Of a stretch of DNA of 64,000 nucleotides, positions 56,810 through 64,000 are shown one piece after another. Source of the DNA: a bacterium. GTDB taxonomy: Bacteria > Electryoneota > RPQS01. The DNA is taken from NCBI GenBank assembly GCA_016702305.1, contig JADJEH010000001.1:312077-376076 (forward strand). The letters run 5' to 3'. The notes under the pieces are model-generated. The model did no database searches, was not told the origin of the DNA, and was given only the letters and a program-made list of their open reading frames with translations. Position 1 is the first letter of the stretch, and every line of letters begins with the position of its first letter. Position numbers and translations under genes: made by a program.

Positions 56810-58323
56810 TCGTTCTCCTGTGTGTCGTTGTAGCCCAGGCGGCGGACTATCTTTGGCCGTTGCCCGATTCGCGCACGCTCACAGGCGGACACGCCGACAG
56901 CCGTACCGATCACTTCCATGGCGGCGTGGATTTGCGCGCCCGCACTCCGCTGCGCGTTGTCGCTCCCACCGACGGTTGGATTGAACGTGTTGCCATCAAT
57001 CCGCCCGGCTATGGCCGCACGCTCTACTATCGCCTGAGCGATGGCCGTACCGCCGTCTTCGGACACCTGTCGCGCTATGAACCCCAACTGCAAGCCACCG
57101 TCCGCGACAGCCAACTCGCTGTCGGCACCTATCGCATAGATGTCAGCTACGACGAAGCCAACTCGCCGCACCGCTATAGCGCGGGCGACGTAATCTGTTA
57201 CACCGGTGCAAGCGGTCGCGGACCTGCCCACCTGCACTTTGAAATCCGTGATGGCGCGACACAGCTTGATCCGCTCATGTTCTTTGAACCGCGCGATCAC
57301 GACGACCCCGCCATCGTTGGCGTGAGCTGGATCAAATTCTCCGATGACATTCCATCGGCCGCCGGTCGCTCGCTGGCGCTCAACGCATCGCCGCGCGTCC
57401 AATCCTCCGAGCCCGTCGCATTTCTTGTTCGCACTTACGACCCCGGACCATGGGGGCGAAATGCCGTCCCACGCTTCATCCGTGTTTATGCCGACGAACA
57501 GTTGATCTTTGAAGATCGCTCCAGCGAAATCAATCTGCAAGGTCCGCAGAGTATCTACGCTAAGCTCGTCTATCCCGAGTTCAAGACCAATGACCGCGAC
57601 GTGCGCCGACTCTTTCTTTGGCCTGAACGCGGCACGCGCGATGAACAACTTCCGGCCGGTTGGCTCGACAATTTCACCGGCGTTGTCCGCATCGAAGTCG
57701 AAGACCGCAACGGGAACACCAGCAGCGTTCGCATTCCCGTGCAATCCGGCGCGCAGCGCTCTGCCATGCGCGTTGCCGGGAGCTGCGAATCCAACGGCTT
57801 CAGTCTAAGCGGCGACAATATTGCCATGAGCTGGGCTGACCTCCTGCCGGTCGGCGACGAAGTTCACATCCGTGATGACAATTTTGCCCTGCCTGCTAAA
57901 CTCGTTTTGACCGCAGACCAAGCGTTCGAGCCCGGCAAGTACTTCTACAAGCGCAGCGGCGCCACGGGTAAGTCCGCGATCTGGCGCATCCCCGCCGATG
58001 ACACAAGCACGATGTCCTGCTACGTCCTGCGCGGCGGAACCTATGGCATTGCTTACGATGATACCCCGCCGCGCCTGACCCTATCCGGACAGAGCGGCCA
58101 GATCAAATTCACGCTCGCCGACGACGAGTCATCCATTGATGACTCCAACGTGCGCTGCACCGTGGACGGCCAGACCGCGATTCCTGAGTACGAGTACGAA
58201 GAAGACGGCGGCACAATCTGGACGCCGCAGAAACTCGGCAGCGGCAAACACAAAGTGCAGTTCACCGCTGCCAATCGCGCCGGACTGACGAAGACCTGGG
58301 ATATTACGGTGACGATTCCATGA
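56794..58323 (+). CDS. M23/LytM-family metallo-endopeptidase with large C-terminal extension
   Basis: A signal peptide is present. The HxxxD motif is HFHGGVDL. The HxH motif lies in GPAHLHFEIRDG. About 300 further residues are beta-rich. Confidence 0.7.
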   Translation: MARVLIVLLCVVVAQAADYLWPLPDSRTLTGGHADSRTDHFHGGVDLRARTPLRVVAPTDGWIERVAINPPGYGRTLYYRLSDGRTAVFGHLSRYEPQLQATVRDSQLAVGTYRIDVSYDEANSPHRYSAGDVICYTGASGRGPAHLHFEIRDGATQLDPLMFFEPRDHDDPAIVGVSWIKFSDDIPSAAGRSLALNASPRVQSSEPVAFLVRTYDPGPWGRNAVPRFIRVYADEQLIFEDRSSEINLQGPQSIYAKLVYPEFKTNDRDVRRLFLWPERGTRDEQLPAGWLDNFTGVVRIEVEDRNGNTSSVRIPVQSGAQRSAMRVAGSCESNGFSLSGDNIAMSWADLLPVGDEVHIRDDNFALPAKLVLTADQAFEPGKYFYKRSGATGKSAIWRIPADDTSTMSCYVLRGGTYGIAYDDTPPRLTLSGQSGQIKFTLADDESSIDDSNVRCTVDGQTAIPEYEYEEDGGTIWTPQKLGSGKHKVQFTAANRAGLTKTWDITVTIP

Positions 58324-59018
58324 TACCCATTCGCGACGAAAACCCCACGCGCGGCACTCCGATCGTCACCATCGGACTGATTGCAATAAACGTCGTCGTC
58401 TTCGCCTTCCAATTCACGATGCCGCCTGACGCTCAGCAGGCATTCGTATTTGCATGGGGCGCGATTCCGCGCGACATCGTGGGCGGCTGGGACTTGCTTC
58501 CCGCCATTCCGCTCTCGTGGCTGACGCTCTGGTCTTCCATGTTCATGCACGGCGGCCTGATGCATCTCGGCGGGAATATGCTCTATCTCTGGATCTTCGG
58601 CAACAACATCGAAGACACGCTCGGCCACTTCAAATTCCTGCTCTTCTATCTGACGGGAGGCTTGGTCGCCGCGCTGAGCCATATCGTCTTCGATCCGTCG
58701 TCCGAAATTCCCATGGTGGGAGCCTCCGGCGCCATCAGTGCGGTCTTAGGTGCGTACATGCTGGCCTATCCCAAGGCGCGCGTCGTGGTCCTACTCTGGA
58801 TCGTATACATCGTGCGCTTCATCACCGTCCCGGCGATCTTGATGCTCGGCATCTGGTTCGTCATGCAGCTCGGCGGCTTCGCCAATGAAATGAATCGGCA
58901 GGGCGGGGGAGTCGCTTGGTTAGCCCATATCGGCGGCTTCGTCAGCGGCGTTATCATGATTCTGCTGGCTGGCGTCCGCCCCAACCGAACGACCACGCGG
59001 ACATCCCCGTGGCGCTGA
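58320..59018 (+). CDS. rhomboid-family intramembrane serine protease
   Basis: The catalytic Ser is in GASGAISAV. The catalytic His is in AHIGGFVSG. Six TM segments are present. Confidence 0.8.
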   Translation: MIPIRDENPTRGTPIVTIGLIAINVVVFAFQFTMPPDAQQAFVFAWGAIPRDIVGGWDLLPAIPLSWLTLWSSMFMHGGLMHLGGNMLYLWIFGNNIEDTLGHFKFLLFYLTGGLVAALSHIVFDPSSEIPMVGASGAISAVLGAYMLAYPKARVVVLLWIVYIVRFITVPAILMLGIWFVMQLGGFANEMNRQGGGVAWLAHIGGFVSGVIMILLAGVRPNRTTTRTSPWR

Positions 59019-59127
59019 GAACTTCGTCCCCGACACTGGCCGAGTCAGGTCACGACCGCCGCAACCCGGCCTGAGTGGCCTGTGCCAATTTCTAATTGCT
59101 ACTTTCACTTTTCTAATCTGACATACC

Positions 59128-61821
59128 GTGCCCCGCATAGAACTCGATAAAGCCTACACACCGTCGTCCGTTGAAACGCGCCTCTATGACCAATGGGAAC
59201 AGCAAGGCTGTTTTCGCGCGCAGATACGTAAAGGCCACAAGCCCTACGTCATCATGATGCCGCCGCCCAATGTCACCGGCATGCTCACGCTCGGACACGT
59301 TCTTAATAATTCCCTCCAGGATATGCTCTGCCGTTGGCGCCGTATGCACGGCGACGACGTGCTCTGGCTGCCCGGCACCGACCATGCCGGCATCGCCACA
59401 CAAATCAAAGTCGAAGACCAGCTCGCCAAAGAAGGACTGTCGCGTCACGATCTTGGCCGCGAAAAACTCGTCGAGCGCATCTGGGAATGGCGTGAGAATT
59501 ACGGCGGTATCATCTTGCAGCAGTTGCGCCGCATTGGCGCAAGCTGCGACTGGTCGCGCACACGCTTCACGCTCGATCCCGAAATGTCGCGTGCCGTTGC
59601 TGAGATCTTTGTGCGCCTGTACAAGAAAGGCCTGATTTATCGCGGCAAGCGCATCGTCAATTGGGACCCCGAAAAGCGCACCGCGCTCTCTGATGAACAG
59701 GTCGAGTATCGCACCGTCGCCTCAAATCTCTGGCACTTTCGTTACCCGTTGACCGACGGCAGCGGCCATCTCGTCGTCGCGACCACGCGCCCCGAAACAA
59801 TGCTCGGTGACACCGCTGTCGCCGTGCATCCCGAAGATGAGCGCTATCGCCATTTGCATGGCAAAACCGTCACTCTCCCGCTCACCGGACGCGTCATTCC
59901 AATCGTCCCCGATGATTATGTGGATCGCGAATTCGGCACCGGCTGCGTTAAAGTCACGCCCGCACACGATCCCAACGACTTCGAAATCGGCAATCGCCAC
60001 AACCTCGAATTCCTGATCGTTATCGGCCCCGATGGCAGGATGACGGATCTTGTTCCGCCGCAATTCCGCGGCCTCGACCGCAAGGAAGCACGCAAACAGG
60101 TTGTCGCTGCGCTTGAAGCCGACGGTTTCCTCGAGAAAGTCGAACCCTACCAAACATCCGTCGGTCACAACGAACGGACCGGCACTGTCATCGAACCGCT
60201 GCTTTCCGAACAGTGGTTTGTCCGCATGCAGGAGCTTGCGCAACCCGCCATCGCTGCCGTGCGCGAAGGCCGCGTCCGCTTCCATCCCGATCACTGGGAA
60301 AAGACCTACTTCCATTGGTTGGAAAACGTGCGCGACTGGTGCATCTCGCGGCAAATCTGGTGGGGACATCGCATCCCGCTATGGACAGTCAAAGAAACCG
60401 GCGAAATTATCTGCACGCTCGATGATCCCAGCGGTGATCCCAAGTACGCCGGGCTCACACTCGTCCAGGACCCCGACGTGCTTGATACCTGGTTCTCATC
60501 GTGGCTCTGGCCGTTCTCGACGCTCGGCTGGCCGCGCGACACCGAGGATCTTGCACACTTCTTTCCAAGTTCAACTCTGGTCACCGCGCCTGATATCATC
60601 TTCCTGTGGGTCGCGCGCATGATCATCTCGTCCGAAGAGGTTTTCGGCGTCGCACCCTACCAGGACGTTTACTTCACGGGCCTCGTTCGCGACATGCAGG
60701 GCCGCAAAATGTCCAAGTCGCTGGGCAATTCGCCCGATCCGCTCGAGGTGATTGACAGCTACGGCGCCGACGCGCTGCGCTTCACCATCATCTCGCAAAC
60801 CCCGCGCGGAGGCGATATTCGTTTCGGCGTCGAACTCTGCGAGTTTGGCCGCAACTTCGCCAATAAACTTTGGAATGCGACGCGTTTCCTATTGATGAAC
60901 GTGCCCGAAGAGGGTGATACGTTCGCCTTTACGCCCGTCGAAATTCTGCCCAGCGCGCCCGCCAATCTGATTGACCAGTGGATCACCTCAGCCTTCATGT
61001 CCTGCGTCCGCGACGTCGAAAAAGCACTCACCGAGTTCCGCTTCGCTGATGCCGCCAAACGCCTGCATGCGTTTATCTGGAACGACTTCTGTGACTGGTA
61101 TCTAGAGTTGATCAAAGTGCGCTTGCAAGGGTCCGCCGATGAACGCGCCGACGCTCTGCGCCACGCCCTCGGTATCCTCCACGGCATCGTTCGCGCATTG
61201 CATCCCTTCATGCCGTTCGTCACCGAAGAAATCTACCACACGCTGAGCAGTCTGTCGGCCTCAAGTTGGCCCGCTGGTCATCGCCATGCCAGCATTATGG
61301 TCGCGCAATTCCCGCGCTATCAGGCCACGCTCGTCGTTCCCGAAGTTGAAGAACAATTCGGTAAGTTGCAGGACGTCGTCACCGCTCTCCGCAATATTCG
61401 CGGCGAATTGCGCATCGTGCCGTCATTGCGCATCCCTGCGGGCATTCGCGCGGACCACAAGAAAATCGCAGATGAGTGGGAAGCCTTCGCGGACTTCGTA
61501 GTCAGACTGGCCGGCCTCGCCGAACTGCATCTCGACGGCGCTCGGCCGAAAGGCAGCGCCTCCGCGATCGTGCAAGGCATCGAGGTCTATGTCCCGCTTC
61601 ACGGCGTGATTGACGTCTCAGCCGAACGTGCTCGGCTGCAAAAAGAAGACGAACGCCTGTTGAAATTGGTCGAAGGCACGAAGTCTAAGCTCACCAACGC
61701 CAATTTCATCGAACGCGCAAAACCCGAAGTCGTGGACGCCGAACGCGAAAAGCTCACAGAGCTCGAACATGCACATATGAAAATCCGTCGCTTCCTGGAA
61801 GAACTCGAAGCCGCGCAATAA
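59128..61821 (+). CDS. valS: valyl-tRNA synthetase
   Basis: GTG start. PPPNVTGMLTLGHV is the HIGH-region variant. KMSKS appears as KMSKSLGN. A C-terminal coiled coil is present. The product is 897 aa. Confidence 0.95.
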   Translation: MPRIELDKAYTPSSVETRLYDQWEQQGCFRAQIRKGHKPYVIMMPPPNVTGMLTLGHVLNNSLQDMLCRWRRMHGDDVLWLPGTDHAGIATQIKVEDQLAKEGLSRHDLGREKLVERIWEWRENYGGIILQQLRRIGASCDWSRTRFTLDPEMSRAVAEIFVRLYKKGLIYRGKRIVNWDPEKRTALSDEQVEYRTVASNLWHFRYPLTDGSGHLVVATTRPETMLGDTAVAVHPEDERYRHLHGKTVTLPLTGRVIPIVPDDYVDREFGTGCVKVTPAHDPNDFEIGNRHNLEFLIVIGPDGRMTDLVPPQFRGLDRKEARKQVVAALEADGFLEKVEPYQTSVGHNERTGTVIEPLLSEQWFVRMQELAQPAIAAVREGRVRFHPDHWEKTYFHWLENVRDWCISRQIWWGHRIPLWTVKETGEIICTLDDPSGDPKYAGLTLVQDPDVLDTWFSSWLWPFSTLGWPRDTEDLAHFFPSSTLVTAPDIIFLWVARMIISSEEVFGVAPYQDVYFTGLVRDMQGRKMSKSLGNSPDPLEVIDSYGADALRFTIISQTPRGGDIRFGVELCEFGRNFANKLWNATRFLLMNVPEEGDTFAFTPVEILPSAPANLIDQWITSAFMSCVRDVEKALTEFRFADAAKRLHAFIWNDFCDWYLELIKVRLQGSADERADALRHALGILHGIVRALHPFMPFVTEEIYHTLSSLSASSWPAGHRHASIMVAQFPRYQATLVVPEVEEQFGKLQDVVTALRNIRGELRIVPSLRIPAGIRADHKKIADEWEAFADFVVRLAGLAELHLDGARPKGSASAIVQGIEVYVPLHGVIDVSAERARLQKEDERLLKLVEGTKSKLTNANFIERAKPEVVDAEREKLTELEHAHMKIRRFLEELEAAQ

Positions 61822-61914
61822 CGCGAGACATCGGCTCGCGCGGCGGGGAGTTTGCGATGCAGCTCTCCGCCGGAATCCGCTCCTGTCAATTAAGTCCTTT
61901 TCTTCGAGGGGAAT

Positions 61915-63252
61915 ATGCTCAAACTACTTCTGGCCATTCTCGCATGCGGCATCGCCGCTTCGGCGCAGGCCAAGCCTGGCGTGGCCGTCACCGTTTACAA
62001 CGGCAACCTCGCGCTCGTCCGGGACATCCGCGAAATGAGTTTCGATAACGGCATCAGTCAACTGCTGTTCCGCGACGTCGCCGCGCAGATTGATCAGTCG
62101 TCCGTTCACTTCTCCGCGCCCGGCGTCACGCTGCTCGAACAGGACTACGACTACGATCTCGTTTCACCCGAAAAACTGCTCGCGAAATACGTAGATCAGC
62201 ATGTCGAAGTCATCACCGAGTCCGGCGATCTCGCCGACGGCACGCTGCTCACCTCATCGCCGCAGAATATCGTCCTGCAATCGAAGGACGGCACGCTGCG
62301 CTCCCTGCTCACGGAGTCCATCCTCGAAGTCCGCTTCCCCAAACTTCCGGAAGGACTGATCACTCGCCCTACGCTGCGCTGGCTTGTCAATAGTCCGGCC
62401 GCCGCCAAGAAAGAGACCGAGGTATCCTATCTGACCGGCGGAATGAACTGGAATGCCGACTACGTCTGCGTCATTGACGAGAGCAACAAAGCCGACCTCG
62501 GCGCGTGGGTCACGCTGAACAATAGTTCCGGTGCGTCCTACAGAAACGCGAAGCTGAAACTCATCGCCGGCGAAGTCCACCGCGCCGCGCCACCCCAACC
62601 GAAGTACAACGACTTCCTTCGCGCTGAAGCGATGACGATGGCCGATGGCGGTAATCAGTTTTCCGAGAAGTCCTTTTTCGAGTATCATCTCTACACATTG
62701 GACCGCCCCACCGACGTTCTCGACAATCAGACCAAGCAGGTTAGTCTCTTCCCAAATGCGGACGTGCAGACCAAACGCATCTACGAGTATGATCATCAGC
62801 GCGACAATAACAGCGTTTCGGTTTCACTTGAGTTCATGAATTCCAAAGAGAACGACCTTGGCATTCCCCTGCCCGCCGGTCGCGTGCGCGTCTTCCAGAA
62901 GGACTCAGACGGTTCACAGGAGTTCATCGGCGAAGACAACCTTGAGCACACGCCGCGCGACGAAAAAGTCCGCGTGATGATTGGCAACGCCTTCGATATC
63001 GCCGTCGAACGGGTGCAGAAGGACTATCGGCAGATCAGCAACACGGTCTATGAGCAGGACATTGAAGTGAAACTGCGCAACCGCAAGACGGATACGGTCA
63101 GCATCATCGTCGTGGATCACGTGTGGGGCGAGTGGGAAGTCCTCAAGTCGAGCCTGCCGCATCGAAAGATTTCAGCAAACAAACTTGAATTTGACGTGAC
63201 CGCCGCGCCCGATAAAGAGGTCGTACTGACCTACACCATTCGCAATCGCTAA
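61915..63252 (+). CDS. hypothetical secreted protein, possibly DUF4140/DUF4139 (MuiA-like) family
   Basis: An RBS GAGGGG and a signal peptide MLKLLLAILACGIAASAQA are present. The N-terminal pattern V.VYNGNLALVRD...G...L....V resembles DUF4140. The overall size and beta-rich composition fit that family. Assignment is from memory and is weak. Confidence 0.45.
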   Translation: MLKLLLAILACGIAASAQAKPGVAVTVYNGNLALVRDIREMSFDNGISQLLFRDVAAQIDQSSVHFSAPGVTLLEQDYDYDLVSPEKLLAKYVDQHVEVITESGDLADGTLLTSSPQNIVLQSKDGTLRSLLTESILEVRFPKLPEGLITRPTLRWLVNSPAAAKKETEVSYLTGGMNWNADYVCVIDESNKADLGAWVTLNNSSGASYRNAKLKLIAGEVHRAAPPQPKYNDFLRAEAMTMADGGNQFSEKSFFEYHLYTLDRPTDVLDNQTKQVSLFPNADVQTKRIYEYDHQRDNNSVSVSLEFMNSKENDLGIPLPAGRVRVFQKDSDGSQEFIGEDNLEHTPRDEKVRVMIGNAFDIAVERVQKDYRQISNTVYEQDIEVKLRNRKTDTVSIIVVDHVWGEWEVLKSSLPHRKISANKLEFDVTAAPDKEVVLTYTIRNR

Positions 63253-63258
63253 CGTGCC

Positions 63259-64000
63259 GTGCCCGCCCTGCTCGCCGAACCCGTCTCGACTCTCCGCGCC
63301 ATTGGTGAGTTCCGTAGCAAGGCCCTCGAAAAGATCGGTGTCCGCACGCTTGAGGACTTGATTCGCTACTATCCGCGCCGCTACCTCGACCGTTCACGCC
63401 AATTGCGCATTCGCGACCTTGTGCCTACCGACTACGAGGTCACGGTCGTTGGTAAAGTCATAAGCGTTGACCTCCGTCGTACCCGCGCCGGTAGATCCAT
63501 TCTCACGGCGCTGATCAACGACCTGTCCGGCACATTGCGCTGCGTCTGGTTTCAAGGCACACAATACTGGCACAAACAGTTGGTCGTGGATGAGCTGATT
63601 GCCGTGAGCGGCAAGCTCGGCGACAGCGACAATCGCGATTTCGTCCATCCCGCCATTGACCGCCTCGGCGCGGACGGCGACGAAACGCGTATGTTTGAAA
63701 CGGGCCAAATTGTCGCGCTCTACCCGCTTTCGCTCGACCTGCGCAAAGTCGGTCTCGAATCGCGCACCCTGCGCCGCATTCAACTGGATGCTCTCACGCT
63801 CGTGCGCACTGAACTGGCCGAATTTCTGCCGCCTGACGACTTGGCCGTCGTTGATGCGCTGCCGCTGGCTGAAGCACTCGTCCAAGTCCATTTCCCCGAG
63901 ACATCTGAACTCCTCGCGCGAGCGTGGCGCCGTATCCGCTATGAGGAGCTGTTCTTTCATCAACTGTTGTTCGCGCTGCGCAAGCACTTCAACAAAGTCC
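63259..64000 (+). CDS. recG: ATP-dependent DNA helicase RecG, N-terminal part (3' end lies outside the window)
   Basis: The GTG-initiated frame gives ...LRAIGEFRSKALEKIGVRTLEDLIRYYPRRYLDRS.... This is the characteristic RecG N-terminal LxxLxGVG...DLL.HLPRRYED wedge-domain lead-in. The frame stays open to the window end. Confidence 0.7.
   Translation, partial: MPALLAEPVSTLRAIGEFRSKALEKIGVRTLEDLIRYYPRRYLDRSRQLRIRDLVPTDYEVTVVGKVISVDLRRTRAGRSILTALINDLSGTLRCVWFQGTQYWHKQLVVDELIAVSGKLGDSDNRDFVHPAIDRLGADGDETRMFETGQIVALYPLSLDLRKVGLESRTLRRIQLDALTLVRTELAEFLPPDDLAVVDALPLAEALVQVHFPETSELLARAWRRIRYEELFFHQLLFALRKHFNKV

Noticed and set aside
59060-59127. Duplicated TTTCTAAT motif upstream of valS
   Set aside because: It is only a short, two-copy direct repeat in an intergenic region. 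It may contribute to a promoter, but there is no clean -35/-10 pair with proper spacing.
63394-63987. 197-aa minus-strand ORF
   Set aside because: It is antisense to the recG 5' region, whose N-terminal wedge-domain motif (YPRRYLDR) is clear on the plus strand.

Overview
This is a high-GC (roughly 60%) bacterial chromosomal window that is densely packed and almost entirely core genome. It holds about 60 protein genes, two tRNAs, and several recognisable sigma70-like promoters and rho-independent terminators. Many adjacent genes overlap by 4 nt (ATGA/GTGA), which suggests translational coupling.

I see no CRISPR array, no transposase or integrase, and no obvious defence island.

Housekeeping blocks, in order:
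- tig-clpP-clpX, preceded by tRNA-Leu.
- purA-tRNA-Lys, then secD-secF.
- A Bacillus-like yggS-divIVA-(punA)-ileS-dksA-like-lspA-rluD string on the minus strand.
- mltD-like, HU, a tiny bS22 gene, xseA-xseB, nadK, ftsY, ribH.
- recN-murA-dnaE-rimO.
- ldcA-purN-purH.
- The complete rod-shape cluster mreB-mreC-mreD-mrdA-rodA, followed by an M23 peptidase and a rhomboid protease.
- valS, and the 5' end of recG.

Accessory and regulatory content:
- A partner-switching module (XRE regulator, two STAS antagonists, GAF-PP2C phosphatase, RsbW-like kinase) with no sigma factor in the window.
- An odd operon linking a GT39/ArnT-like membrane glycosyltransferase to tryptophanase-family lyase, SDR, HAD hydrolase and FBPase.
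- An HD-GYP phosphodiesterase with a small FlgM-like ORF.
- A signal-peptide outer-membrane beta-barrel candidate.
- A beta-propeller protein with a T9SS C-terminal sorting domain.
- A GWxTD-domain protein.
- A DUF4139-like secreted protein.

The T9SS-type C-terminal domain, the GWxTD domain and the bS22 gene together point to a high-GC member of the FCB superphylum (Gemmatimonadota-, Zixibacteria- or related candidate-phylum-like). This is inference only.

No single spectacular novel system is evident. The most notable items are the unannotated bS22 gene, the sigma-less partner-switching cassette, the tnaA-containing mixed operon and the uncharacterised OM/secreted proteins.
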